In this document: positions 45,161-56,884 of the stretch, piece by piece
Layout: each line of letters opens with the position of its first letter
How positions within the stretch are numbered: position 1 is the first letter of the stretch
From: an uncultured Rivularia sp.
GTDB lineage: Bacteria; Cyanobacteriota; Cyanobacteriia; Cyanobacteriales; Nostocaceae
Direction of reading: 5' to 3'
Assembly: GCA_963665115.1 (NCBI GenBank)
Contig: OY762007.1
Coordinates: 2,752,001-2,816,000, forward strand
Length of the DNA: 64,000 nucleotides
The notes under the pieces: generated by a model
The model's input: only the letters and a program-made list of their open reading frames with translations
Databases searched by the model: none
What the model was told of the DNA's origin: nothing
Program-made: the position numbers and the translations under genes

Positions 45161-46471
45161 TTATAGCAAACGTAACTGTGTATTTTCACTATTTGCAGAA
45201 GCTTTTGCATCTTCTGAATGCTCGCTATTAAAGGAGTCTAATAAATCAGTATTATCATCACCTAATAAAGTATGTGCTGCTTCCAACATAAAACCTGCTA
45301 TATCCTGAAGGTCTTCACGGTTGTTTAAATAAGTTTTCAATGCTTCCATCGGATCGATACTGCTACTAGCGCTTAATTCCGGAAGGCGGGGACGAGCTAA
45401 CTGACTTACCAATTCCGGATGAATAGTATAAGTATGCGCCGGACTTAATATTTCCTGCAATGAAGAGTTATCAATTAAATCTAGCTGTTCCGAACGAAGC
45501 TTGTAAACCAACCTGACAACTGCATCTTGTATATTATTTTTGGCTACAGATTTGGCGATTTTATCTAATGGATCTTCACTTTTTGAAACGTCTACTTCGA
45601 TAGTACGAAAAGGGCGAGCTGGTAAAGCACAAAATTCCCATTTAGCGCTACCCGATTCGACTTCTACCATTACATAGCCTTTGTCTTCCTTTTCTTCGCT
45701 AAAATCAACCCGTTCGATGCTTCCGGGATATATCACTGGGGGTTTGTTTGATTTATTCAAATTTTGGTGACGATGCACGTGTCCTAAAGCTACATAATCA
45801 AAGCAAGGACGTGTTATTAAAGATAGAGGAAGAGTGAAACCTTTACCCACCGCTAAAAAACGTTCCGCTCCCAAGTTTGCATTATCAGCCATTAAATGAG
45901 CTAAAAGTATAATCGGGATATCGGGATCGAGACGACGTATTTCTCCTTCCAATACAACTTGCAAACGTTCGGTTAATAGTTGGTTGATTTCTCCTAAGGA
46001 TAAACCTTGAGTTTCTTGGCGAGTCATCAAAGCAGAACGAGTTAACCAAGGTAAAGTAATCACCTGTACTTCACCGCTACGAGTTTGAATATTATGCGTA
46101 TCTAAAGTATCGCCTACCACAACTCCGGGAACCCCCAAAGTACGGTAAATACATAAACTAGCTCCACCTTGCCCCTGAGAATGTTGGTCATGATTCCCCA
46201 CAAGTAATACGGTGGGAATTTGGGCATCTACCAAACGGCGAAACTGACCGGCAAACGCTTGCTGTACGTAGGGCGGCGGAGTTGCATCGGGGAAAGCATC
46301 GCCACCAAACAACACTAAATCTACTTGTTCATCAATAGCGCGGTCAATACATAAAGATAAAGTACCGACAAAATCTTCCAATCGCGTATTTAAGCCAGTT
46401 TCCGGATTGATACGTCCGTGGGTAAAGCCGCTTCCCATGTGGATATCTGAAAGGTGGAGGATTTTAATCAT
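45161..46471 (-). CDS. sbcD: Exonuclease SbcCD subunit D
   Basis: SDIHMG, GGDAF, GNHD, ALGHVH, YPGSIERVDFSE. Confidence 0.92.
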   Translation of the reverse strand: MIKILHLSDIHMGSGFTHGRINPETGLNTRLEDFVGTLSLCIDRAIDEQVDLVLFGGDAFPDATPPPYVQQAFAGQFRRLVDAQIPTVLLVGNHDQHSQGQGGASLCIYRTLGVPGVVVGDTLDTHNIQTRSGEVQVITLPWLTRSALMTRQETQGLSLGEINQLLTERLQVVLEGEIRRLDPDIPIILLAHLMADNANLGAERFLAVGKGFTLPLSLITRPCFDYVALGHVHRHQNLNKSNKPPVIYPGSIERVDFSEEKEDKGYVMVEVESGSAKWEFCALPARPFRTIEVDVSKSEDPLDKIAKSVAKNNIQDAVVRLVYKLRSEQLDLIDNSSLQEILSPAHTYTIHPELVSQLARPRLPELSASSSIDPMEALKTYLNNREDLQDIAGFMLEAAHTLLGDDNTDLLDSFNSEHSEDAKASANSENTQLRLL

Positions 46472-46879
46472 AAGAAGATGGTTAGTTGTTAGTGGTTAGT
46501 TGTTAGTTGTTTCATTAAACGAAAATATTATTGAAGTAATTTGAGTATTGAGCGATCGCCAGTAAATAATCATTAGATTACCTAACGATTGTGCAAACTC
46601 TATTAGCTCATAACTTATAACTTATAGTTTAAACGTACATCTTGCAGCATTCTCAATAACACCGGAGAATCAAATTTCACGGCTCATAACTAAATATAAT
46701 TTTTAGTCTACATAAATTCCAAAGCGGATTAGCACTAGATTTGAGGGCTTTCCGTAAGTCCTGCATTTATACAACCCAAAATACATAAAGACGTTGCAAT
46801 GCAACGTCTCTACACAATTGATATGTATTATCTATTTGTTAAAACCAAAAATTAACTCCTAGCTCCTAATTGCTAACTA

Positions 46880-47602
46880 TTAAATGTGAATTCCACATTC
46901 GGTTTTGCCGCTACCACGCCATCTTCCATCGCGTTCGCTTTCACCTTCTCCAACTTTGGTGGTGATAGGTTCATCGCCAATGCTGGGATAACCTTGGTCG
47001 TGTAAAGGATTGTAAATAACTTTGTGTTCGCCAACAAAATCCCAAGTTTCTTTGCGAGTCCAGGTAGCTAAAGGATTGATTTTAAGACGACCTTTTTTAT
47101 CTAATTCAAAAATCGGCATACTTGCACGAGTTGGGGCTTGATCGCGTCTGCGTCCAGTTATCCAAGCGACGGTATCAAGTTCGTCTAAGCCTCTTTGCAA
47201 AGGTTCTATTTTAGTAACATCGTGGAATTTTGCAATGTCTTTATCCCAAAGCGCTTCACCGTACTTAGCATTAAAAGCTTCGCGGCTATCAACTTCTTCG
47301 TTTGTGTAAACTTTCAAATTAACGTTATAAAGCTGCTTAACTTTTTCCACTAATTCCAAAGTTTGGGGGAAATGGAACAGCGTATCGAGAAAAATAACGG
47401 GTGACTGCTGCTTGAGTTCGCGATAAAGAATGTCAGTGATAACAATATCATCCACATTAAAAGCGCTAGTTTGCACCAACCCTGTAGGAATATTCTCGGC
47501 ACTCCATGCCAAGATTTCTCTGGGATGAGCAGTTTCATATTTTTGGTTCAACTCTTCCAAGTTGAAATCACTCTTATTAGTAGATGCGGTCGAAATAGTC
47601 AT
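46880..47602 (-). CDS. cysH: Phosphoadenosine phosphosulfate reductase
   Basis: FLDTLFHF, WITGRRRDQ, GYPSIGD, ECGIH. Confidence 0.93.
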   Translation of the reverse strand: MTISTASTNKSDFNLEELNQKYETAHPREILAWSAENIPTGLVQTSAFNVDDIVITDILYRELKQQSPVIFLDTLFHFPQTLELVEKVKQLYNVNLKVYTNEEVDSREAFNAKYGEALWDKDIAKFHDVTKIEPLQRGLDELDTVAWITGRRRDQAPTRASMPIFELDKKGRLKINPLATWTRKETWDFVGEHKVIYNPLHDQGYPSIGDEPITTKVGEGESERDGRWRGSGKTECGIHI

Positions 47603-47964
47603 AAAAATTAATCGCTCAAATGCTTGCATCGTAAGGATAAAATAATTCTACCGCACAAAGGCACATATTCCGGTCGGGAATTAGGAGTTAACAGTTAGCA
47701 GTGACCAGTAACCAGTTAGCAGTTAGCAGTTAGAGAGAGAGTAAAATTAAAATTTACAGCTTGATTTTGAATATTTTCAATAGGGAGCGAGACGCTCCCA
47801 CTACATTCCAAACCGCTCCCTGCTCGCTACTCGCTGCTCCCTGATTGTTCACTGTAGTAATTACTAAGTAATATTGCGTGATTTTAAGTTTTGATATAGT
47901 TTTGTAGAGAATTATACGGATGTTGGTAATCTAAGAGAAGGTTTAAAACAAAAGGTTGTTAAAA

Positions 47965-48069
47965 ATGAAGGAATCAAAAACTGTCAATCCACTCAAAGAA
48001 TCGTTATTAATGGGTCTTTTGGTGATGATGACTGGTGCAAGTGTAATCACTATCATGAATATGTTTTAA
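47965..48069 (+). CDS. 34-aa single-TM small protein (below the ORF-track cutoff)
   Basis: MKESKTVNPLKESLLMGLLVMMTGASVITIMNMF; AAAGG upstream, terminator downstream. Confidence 0.5.
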   Translation: MKESKTVNPLKESLLMGLLVMMTGASVITIMNMF

Positions 48070-48104
48070 AACAGAAGATAATTTTTCATTTAATATAACT
48101 TTAC

Positions 48105-48135
48105 AAAACCCCACTCTTTGCTGAGAGGGGTTTTT
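48105..48135. terminator. Bidirectional terminator-like hairpin
   Basis: AAAACCCCACTC...GAGAGGGGTTTTT. Confidence 0.65.
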
Positions 48136-48227
48136 AGATTTTGGTTTTTAGATTTTAGATTTTGGATTGTAAGCTAATCCTGTTTTTTTTAATTCCCAAT
48201 GCCCAATTCTCAATGCCCTGTTCCCTG

Positions 48228-50862
48228 TTACCTATAATAAATAGGAATATCAATAATAAAACTTGTTCCTTTGCCAAGTATTGATTCGCAAGATAATTTT
48301 CCACCATGTTTATCTACAATAATTTGGTAACTGACTGATAACCCTAATCCCGTACCTTTGCCTACATCTTTAGTAGTAAAAAATGGGTTAAAAAGTTTTG
48401 AGATTATACTTTCAGAAATACCGTTGCCGTTATCTGAAATGCATATTTGAGCGGCATTTTCGCTGGCTTTTTTAGTATTAATAGTAATTTGAGGAATGAA
48501 ATCATTGTTTTTACAAGTATTCTCTTCTAATGCATCAATTGCGTTAACTAAGATATTCATAAATACCTGATTTAGTTGGGAAGGATAGCATTCAATTAAA
48601 GGAAGATTGCCGTATTCTTTAATAACTGCAATACCAGAAAAATTCGGTTTCTTCTTCAAACGATTTTGTAAAATCATTAACGTAGAATCTATTCCTTCGT
48701 GGATATTTACTTCCTTAGATTCAGCTTCATCCAACCGTGAAAAATTACGTAATGATAAAACAATTTCGCGAATGCGTCGCGTACCTTCTTCCATTGAGCG
48801 AATAATGTTTTGTAAATCTATTTTGAGAAAATCAATTTCTATATTTTCAATTTTTTCTTGAATTTCTTCTGCTGGATTTGGATAATTTTTTTCAAAAAGT
48901 TCTAAAAGTCCGATCAAATCTTGAGTATATTCGCTTATGAAAGAAAGGTTTGCATGAATAAAGTTTGCAGGGTTGTTAATTTCGTGAGCGACACCTGCTA
49001 CCATTTGACCTAACCCGGACATTTTTTCAGTTTGAATTAATTGTGCTTGAGTAAGTTGTAACTGTTGTAAGGTATTTTCTAACTCCTTAGCTTTTTCTTG
49101 TACCTTAATTTCTGCTAATTTACGTTGAGTGATATCGGTTGCAACACCTAATAATTGCTTCACCGTACCATCTTCTTGACGATGAAAAACCATTTGTCTA
49201 TCGTAAAGCCAATGCCATTCACCATCTGAATGTTTGACGCGATATTCAAATTCTAAAACATCCCCATCAGCAGCAGCAACGATCTTTTGCTGTTGACAAA
49301 TAGTTTTTTCAAAGTCTTCTGGATGAGTTATCTTGGGTATTAGCGTATCTGTCGTTGCTTGAATTTCGTCGTTAGAGTAACCCAGAAAAGTAGTAGCTTC
49401 TTGATTTGCGTAAATAGTTCTTTGTTCTTCAATGTCGTGGATATAAATAATACTTGGAGAAGAATCTGCAATCCTTTGAATAAAGTGCTGACTGGCTTTA
49501 AGTTCTTTTTCTGTTTTTTTGATTTTGGTAATATCAACTACGCAACCGTACCAAATAATAGAACCGCCTGATTGCAATTCAGGTTTAGCAATACCTTTTA
49601 ACCATTTTGTTTTACCGCTTGTAGTTGTAATTCGATATTCATATTCCCAATTTTCAAAAGTTTTTGCAGAAGTCGCAATACTGTGTTGCAAGCCCGGAAA
49701 GTCTTCGGGATGAGTAATAGTAAATAATAATTCGCTGTTTAGAAGAGCTTGCGATCGGTTAACTTCATAAATATCTCCACACCCAGAAGAAAGGTAGGGA
49801 AATGACATTATACCGTCGGGATGCAAGCAAAATTCGTAAATCATCCCCGGTACGTTATCTGTGAGTTTTTTTAATCTTCCTTCAGCTTGATTTAGTGCTG
49901 CTGTACGTTGTTCGACTCTTGTTTCTAATTCTTCGTTAAGTTTTTCTAGTGCATCTTCGGCTTGTTTGCGCTGGGTAATATTAACAACACAACCATCCCA
50001 AAGAATAGAATTATCTGCTTGCAATCGAGGTTTAGAAAAACCTTTTAGCCATTTATATTTACCACTTGGAGTCGTAATCCGCCATTCATATTCCCAATTT
50101 TGCAGAGTTTGAGCAGAAGTAGTAATTGCTTGGTTAATTCCATCAATATCGTCCGGATCGATCATTGCGAATAAAAAATCAGCGTCTTCTTGAATCTGTA
50201 GCGGTTTCTATTTCCAAAATATCCCGACACCCAGAAGAAACGTAGGGAAAAGACATCGTACCATCGGAGTTTAGTTGAAACTGGTAAATCACCCCTGGTA
50301 CGTTATCTGTTAACCGGGAAAGACGCATTTCAGTTTCACGTAACTGCGCTGTACGTCTTTCAATTCTTGCTTCTAATGTTTCGTTTGACTTTTTAAGGCT
50401 GTCTTCTACTTGCTTTCGTTCGGTAATATTTTCAAAAGTACCAAAAATACCCACTACGTTACCTTCAGCATCTCGTAACGGAATTTTATTTGTATCCAGC
50501 CAGAACAGGTTTCCATCTGCTTGTACTTGAGTTTCAATAATATTGACTTCGGGTACACCACTATCCATAACCCGTTTATCGCATTCCCGAAACCATTGTG
50601 TTTCCTCTTTTGTCCAAGGTAGATCGTAATCGCTTTTACCGATTATATTTTCCGGCTCTCCGATACCAGCATCTTCAGCAAAGTTGCGGTTACAGCCCAG
50701 ATAAACTGAATTGCGATCTTTCCAGAACACAGAATACGGGATATTATCTATAACTAGTTGAAATAAATGTTGCGAGCGTTGTAATTCGACTTTTAACTGC
50801 TGCAAATCTTCTTTGAGGGATTCACAAATACTTTTATCAATAGCGATAGAATTTTCAGTCAT
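48228..50862 (-). CDS. Multi-PAS/PAC sensor histidine kinase; +1 frameshift near 50205
   Basis: Four PAS/PAC units, H-box AGVAHEINNP, NQVFMN, GKGTGLGLS. Confidence 0.88.
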
Positions 50863-51064
50863 GGTAAAAACGTTATTTATAATTAAAGCTTGTAATATTT
50901 ATAGTTCCCAAATATCAGTTAACAGTTAACAGCGATCGGTTAGGAGCTAGAAATGTAGTGGGAGCGTCTCGCTCCGTGCCAATAATAAAACTGTAAATTT
51001 CTAATTTCTCCCCATCACCTTTTCCCCCCATCACCCATCACCAATTACGAATTACCCAATAATT

Positions 51065-51331
51065 ATGAAATTAATCTTATACAGCAAACCGGGATGTCAT
51101 CTATGCGAGGGTTTGCAGGAAAAGTTGGAAACCATAAAGCAAACTCCAGATTTCGCTTCTCTTGATTTGGAGGTACGAGATATTACGACTCGTGAAGATT
51201 GGTTTGCTGCTTATCAATATGAAGTACCAGTGCTGTGCGTACTAAAAAATGATAATTTGCTTTCCATTCCCCGCCCTTCTCCTCGTACTTCGGTAATTCA
51301 GCTAGAAAAAACTCTCCGGAAGTATATTTAG
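51065..51331 (+). CDS. Glutaredoxin-like protein (DUF836)
   Basis: LYSKPGCHLC, YEVPVL. Confidence 0.88.
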   Translation: MKLILYSKPGCHLCEGLQEKLETIKQTPDFASLDLEVRDITTREDWFAAYQYEVPVLCVLKNDNLLSIPRPSPRTSVIQLEKTLRKYI

Positions 51332-51397
51332 GTATTTGTATATGGTGAAAAATGTTGCAGAATAGGCGCAAGCAATGCGTGTGACGAGGTTGACTAG

Positions 51398-52918
51398 ATG
51401 AAACTGCGTAAATTACTTGGTGCTATTGATGGTATGTCGCAATTACCCCAACATCCGGCTATGGATGCTGAGGTAAACGGTTTGACGACAAATTCTCATG
51501 CTACTAATGTTGGGGATGTGTTTATCGGAATGCCCGGTACAAGAGTTGATGGTGGAGATTTTTGGCAAAGTGCTGTTAAAGCTGGTGCGATCGCCGCGAT
51601 AATTTCTCCCCAAGCAGCCGAAAAGTACCCTCCTCTAGCTCCTCCTTATCAAGAAGGTGTTGACGGAAATACTCCTTTGGTTATTGTGGCGGCAGATATG
51701 AAGTCAGCTTGCGCTCAACTAGCTGCGGCTTTCTTCGATTATCCCGGACAAAAATTAAAGTTAATTGGGGTAACGGGAACTAACGGTAAGACTACAACCA
51801 GCCATTTAATTGAATATTTTCTGGGGCAAGCTGAGTTATCTGCCGCTTTGATGGGAACTCTGTATACTCGCTGGAAGGGTTTTGTCCAAACTGCTGCTTA
51901 TACTACTCCGTTTGCGGTGGAGTTACAAAAACAATTAAAAGCCGCTCTCGATGCTGGTAACGAATACGGAACAATGGAAGTAAGTTCCCATGCTTTAGCA
52001 CAAGGAAGGGTTTTGGGTTGCAAATTTGAAGTTGGAGTATTTACCAACCTGACTCAAGATCACCTTGATTACCACAAGGATATGGAAGATTATTTTGCTG
52101 CCAAAAGCTTACTATTCAATTCCGATTATCTCACCGGAAGGGCAATAATTAACGCCGATGACCTTTATGGTAAGCGGTTAATAAAATCTTTAAGCGACAG
52201 AAAGGTGTGGAGTTACAGTGTTAACGATTCCACTGCCGACTTATATATGAGTGACTTAAGTTACGAACCTAATGGAGTTAACGGCACCCTGCACACGCCA
52301 AAAGGTGACGTAGCTTTTAGTTCACCCCTAGTCGGACAATTTAACCTAGAAAATTTATTAGCAGCCGTAGGAGCCGTTCTAAACTTCGATTTAGATTTAC
52401 AGTTAATAGCTGCCGCGATACCCAAATTTGAGGGAGTTCCCGGACGAATGGAAAGAGTACAAATTGACTCAAACCAAGATATCAGCGTGATTGTAGATTA
52501 CGCTCACACTCCTGATAGTTTGGAAAACTTGTTAAAAGCATCACGCCCATTTATTCCGGGTAAAATGATTTGCGTATTCGGCTGTGGTGGAGACAGAGAC
52601 AAAACTAAGCGTCCAAAAATGGGTAAAATCGCCGCTCATTTAGCCGATTTAGCTGTAGTCACTTCCGATAATCCCCGCACCGAAGATCCAGAAGCCATTT
52701 TACAAGATGTCTTAACCGGAATTCCCGATACAGTTAAGCCGATAGTAATTGGCGACAGAGCCACCGCTATCCGCACTGCGATCGTAGAAGCAAAATCCGG
52801 AGACGGAATATTGTTAGCAGGCAAAGGACACGAAGATTACCAAATTCTCGGCACTGAAAAGATTCACTTCGACGATAGGGAACAGGCGAGAGAAGCTTTG
52901 GCAGAAAGGATGAAGTAA
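51398..52918 (+). CDS. murE: UDP-MurNAc-Ala-Glu--diaminopimelate ligase
   Basis: GTNGKTT, MEVSSH, DYAHTPD, DNPR, AGKGHE. Confidence 0.96.
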   Translation: MKLRKLLGAIDGMSQLPQHPAMDAEVNGLTTNSHATNVGDVFIGMPGTRVDGGDFWQSAVKAGAIAAIISPQAAEKYPPLAPPYQEGVDGNTPLVIVAADMKSACAQLAAAFFDYPGQKLKLIGVTGTNGKTTTSHLIEYFLGQAELSAALMGTLYTRWKGFVQTAAYTTPFAVELQKQLKAALDAGNEYGTMEVSSHALAQGRVLGCKFEVGVFTNLTQDHLDYHKDMEDYFAAKSLLFNSDYLTGRAIINADDLYGKRLIKSLSDRKVWSYSVNDSTADLYMSDLSYEPNGVNGTLHTPKGDVAFSSPLVGQFNLENLLAAVGAVLNFDLDLQLIAAAIPKFEGVPGRMERVQIDSNQDISVIVDYAHTPDSLENLLKASRPFIPGKMICVFGCGGDRDKTKRPKMGKIAAHLADLAVVTSDNPRTEDPEAILQDVLTGIPDTVKPIVIGDRATAIRTAIVEAKSGDGILLAGKGHEDYQILGTEKIHFDDREQAREALAERMK

Positions 52919-52926
52919 GGGAAGTG

Positions 52927-53165
52927 GGGATTGGTAATTGGTAATGGGTAATTGGTAATTGGTAATTGGTAATTGGGCATGGGGCATGGGGGATTGGGCA
53001 TGGGCAATTGGTAGTTGGTAATGGGTAATGGGTAATTGGTAATGGGGAGAAAATTAAATTTCGCGACTTTATTTTTAGTAGGGAGCGAGACGCTCCCACT
53101 ACACATTAAATTCCTAACTCCTAACTCAATTCCCAATCCCCAATCCCCAATTCCCAATCCCCAAT
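52927..53165. repeat. Heptamer STRR arrays (GGTAATT/GGGCATG and CCCAATC) around a REP palindrome
   Basis: Tandem 7-mers; similar arrays near 22370-22410, 54735-54767, 54920-54948 and 62500-62535. Confidence 0.9.
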
Positions 53166-53287
53166 TCTTAATTCTTAATTTTCTATCTTTTTGTGAAAAA
53201 ATTACACTTAGGGGGGAGAATCTAAGAAAGTATTATTTATTGCTATATACTTCTTAGGTTTTCTTTCTTTTTTTTTCTGTAGTTGTT

Positions 53288-54718
53288 ATGAATTTATCTC
53301 CACCTCAGAACTTATCTATTTATCAGTTGGCTTTGGATGTACAAGTGCCTCCAAAACGTCTAATTCTTAGTTCTGCAACTCTGCTGTCAATGGTTAAGTC
53401 ACAAATTGATTTACTCATAGAACAGAAGATTTCGGCTACTATTCTGGCTAAATTTCCACCGTTGAATATTTTTGAGTCGGAATTAAAGCGTTATCATCAG
53501 CATTTAGGTGATGCGACTATTTACAACTGCCAACTGGCTGAGGTTGGAGAAGTTAAAGCGGATGTTAGTTCGGATATTTCAGAATCTATGCCCAATTCTT
53601 CTGCTGCTTCAGTAATAAAATCGTATCGTTTGCTGCAACTCGCCACGGATAATCGCCAAGTTGAGCGAGAATACTTTTTTATTGTTTTATCTGCGGAATT
53701 TTGCAGTTTTATTTTGGCACATCGTCCGCAAAGGAAGATTAAAAAGCAGATTTTAAACCAAAGAAATAATCAAAAGATTCCGTCGATGGTAACTGTCCAG
53801 ACTTTTGATGGTAAAGTCATTCAGCGAGTATTAGATGGTATTAAAAATATAATTAATTCAAAAGATTTTAATAAAATAACTGACGAATTTGTTTATCCTC
53901 AAGCACCACAAGCAGCGTTAAGTAGTCGATTATTCCTGACACAAGTTAAAAGACAAGAGGAGATAAATTCTCGAAAATATAAAAGTTGTTTCAGCAACTT
54001 CAAAGATCGAAATCAAACACTTCGTAGCAAGTTGCAAGCGAAAGATGAATATTTAAAAAACGTGTGTCAAGAATTACTGTCTCCTCTTACGCATATAAAG
54101 ACAGCACTTTCGTTATTAAATTCTCCAAGTATTAAAGCACCTCAGCGACAGCGTTATTTGGACATGATTAAACGAGAGTGCGATCGCCAAAATTATTTAA
54201 TGACTGGTGTAATGGATCTTGTCGAGTTGGAACGTAATTTAGACAATACTTTTTTGGAACCTGTATGTCTGTCTGAGGTAGTTCCAGGTGTTGTCAGCAC
54301 CTACCAACCTTTAGCACAAGAAAGAGGCATCATGTTGGCATATACAGTACCCAACGATCTACCAAATGTCTGGTGTGTCAGCGGTGGCTTAAGACAAATT
54401 GTAATTAATCTTCTTTCTAACTGCATTAAATTTACACCCAATGGCGGTCAAGTTTGGGTAAGAACTCGCATACATCCTGGTTACGTACAGCTAGAATTCC
54501 GTGATACTGGTATAGGCATCCCGGAACCGGAAATTTCCAAAATATTTAATCGCTTTTACAAAGTGCGCCCCGTTGTCAACGAAGAAACAGGAAGCGCTGG
54601 TTTAGGTTTAACTATTGTAGAAAAATTGGTCGCCCGTTGTGGTGGAAGTATCTCCGTCTCTTCAATTCCCGGTGAAGGTACTAGTTTTAAAGTACTTTTA
54701 GCCAGCGTTTCGGGGTAA
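53288..54718 (+). CDS. DICT-domain sensor histidine kinase
   Basis: REYFFIVLSAEFCSFILAH DICT-like motif; HATPase NLLSNCIKFT, DTGIGI, GLGLTIV; H-box reads CQELLSPLT. Confidence 0.8.
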   Translation: MNLSPPQNLSIYQLALDVQVPPKRLILSSATLLSMVKSQIDLLIEQKISATILAKFPPLNIFESELKRYHQHLGDATIYNCQLAEVGEVKADVSSDISESMPNSSAASVIKSYRLLQLATDNRQVEREYFFIVLSAEFCSFILAHRPQRKIKKQILNQRNNQKIPSMVTVQTFDGKVIQRVLDGIKNIINSKDFNKITDEFVYPQAPQAALSSRLFLTQVKRQEEINSRKYKSCFSNFKDRNQTLRSKLQAKDEYLKNVCQELLSPLTHIKTALSLLNSPSIKAPQRQRYLDMIKRECDRQNYLMTGVMDLVELERNLDNTFLEPVCLSEVVPGVVSTYQPLAQERGIMLAYTVPNDLPNVWCVSGGLRQIVINLLSNCIKFTPNGGQVWVRTRIHPGYVQLEFRDTGIGIPEPEISKIFNRFYKVRPVVNEETGSAGLGLTIVEKLVARCGGSISVSSIPGEGTSFKVLLASVSG

Positions 54719-54918
54719 TCAGTTATCAACGATCAATTATCAATTATCAATTATCAATTATCAATTACGAATAAAAAAACATCTGGTTGGTAGTGGGAGC
54801 ATCTTGCCTCCTTAGTAATCAGGAATTAAGATACTCCAACTATGGAAATTAATTGGAATAACTATGTATCTATAAACGTGCAAAACTGATAATTGTTCAT
54901 TGATAATTGATAATTGAT

Positions 54919-56455
54919 TTAACCTTTAACCTTTGCCCTTTGCCCTTTAAGCTTTAACCCATATTGTCCAAATTTATCAAAGCAATTATTAGAATTACTG
55001 ACTCCTTCCAAGGGCAAATAAATAGTTAATACTTCGCCGTGTTGAGGGCGTTCGCGTACAATCAATTTACCGCCGATAGCTTGGAATAAATGCTTTGTGG
55101 CAGCCAAATTCAGGCTAATTGTGCCAGTTTCTGGTTGAAACATTAATAATTGACCAATTGCTTTGCGAATTGGTGGCGTATTACAAGATTGGGCTGTTTT
55201 AATGTTTTGGGGAAAATTAGGTAGCAGTTGCAGCTTTAGGCGATCGCCAGCTTGAATTACTCGTACTTGAATATTACTACCCGCAGGTAAGTTACGAGTA
55301 AAGTTTTCTATCAAGCCAGTCAGAAACTCGATCGAGCATAACTGGATTCGTGACTACCGTAGGTAAAGAAGGCGGTAATACCACATCCAATGTTAAGTTG
55401 CGCCGATTTGCAGCTTGTTGCCAGCGAGGAATACTCTGCTGTAACATTTGGTCTAAACACATAGACGTTAGCTGAGAGCTTGATTGGTTTGTGGAAGATG
55501 TTTCTAATTCCGCAGCCCTAAACAGCAATTCCATCCGATCTATTTGCTCGGTACATTCGCGATCGATAGATTGTAATCGTTTAATAACTGAGGCAGGTAA
55601 ATCTTTCTGCTTTAACAACAAACGAGTTGTAGTGCGAATCGTTGTTAAAGGAGTACGCACTTCATGAGCAAAAGCTTGTAACAGTTCTATATCAGAACGA
55701 GATGCATAATTCGTTGATGTAGAAGTGGAATATTCGTGGGAGTAGTTAACTTCTTCAAACTTACTTTTATGTTCTGCCGTTCCTTTACCGTGAAATTTTG
55801 TTTCCTTATCGTAAGATTCGGGATACTCTGCGAGCAACAACTGACTAAACTGCATAACCAGTCGGTAATCAGGTGCTACCGGGCAATATTCTTGTACTAA
55901 CTCATCCAATTCCATGAAGAAACTAGGATTAGTTAACATTACCCTACCAGCAAGAGCCTGCCATGCTTTCTCAATTACTTCTGGTTCAAAAGAAAATAAA
56001 AACTTGCTTTTATTATTATCTTCCTCTACTAGAACTAATATTAATGAAAACTTTTTTGTAAAAATTAGACAAAACTGTTCCTTCGATAAGGGATCTACCT
56101 TTAGCAGAGGTAATACCGACTCATCAGAAAGATTTTCTTTTGTTGCGATCGCGTCGCCGGACATATGAAAAGGCATCAAAGCCAAAGGATTAAATGGCTT
56201 GGCCGTAAAAGTTACAGTCCGTAAACACTGATTAAGCCTTGACTCACACAGAACAGGTGCGGGTGCAGCCAAAACTAATCCTTGATTCGCATTATGTGCA
56301 ACTACAGATAAAGAATTTAACAGCAACTGTTGAGCAGCAGAAGTAGCTATACGCCATTGTTGTCGTGCTTTATGCAACGAACATTCAGCTTCAACTGCTC
56401 CCCCTGCAACTAAAATTTCCTTTAAACTCGGCAAAATCCATTTATACTCATACAC
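54919..56455 (-). CDS. Sensor histidine kinase, Hik2/CSK-like; +1 frameshift near 55325
   Basis: DIELLQAFAHEVRTPLTTIR, IDRECTEQIDR, QPETGTISLNL. Confidence 0.8.
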
Positions 56456-56670
56456 TAGGGTTCACCCCTTGATTTCAAAGCGACTAACAGCTTCAGAAAC
56501 TGGTGATTCACTATTACTTATGAGCTTACCTAAAATATGTCTTCTAGCAAAAGTAGTAGAACCGAACAACAATAGGGGCGATTTCCGTTTTCAGTTAACA
56601 GTGAACAGTAAGAAATGTAGTGGGAGCGTCTCGCTCCCTGCTAACAATAAACGAAAGTACGAAATAACTT

Positions 56671-56737
56671 CCCCCCTCTATCCCCTCTACCCCCTCTACC
56701 CCCTCTCCCCCCTCTACCCCCTCTCCCCCCTCTCCCC
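56671..56737. repeat. 9-bp tandem repeat CCCCTCT(A/C)C
   Basis: About seven units. Confidence 0.85.
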
Positions 56738-56884
56738 GTCTCCAAATCCCCAATTTACTACTAAAGATAGATGCGAATTCTCAACTGAGGGTTGATTGCA
56801 ATTGGGGTTTGACAAGAGAGAAATGTAGTACAACGCATCAGTGTGTTGCAACCTATTTTTTTTATTGTTAAAGGGAGAATTTAA

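Noticed and set aside
52767..53257. ORFs 52767-53099, 52864-53157 and 53036-53257
   Set aside because: Translations of heptamer STRR arrays (PITHY/PIPNP)
56469..56795. 108-aa ORF with PLYPLSP repeats
   Set aside because: Runs through a REP and a 9-bp tandem repeat; not protein-like
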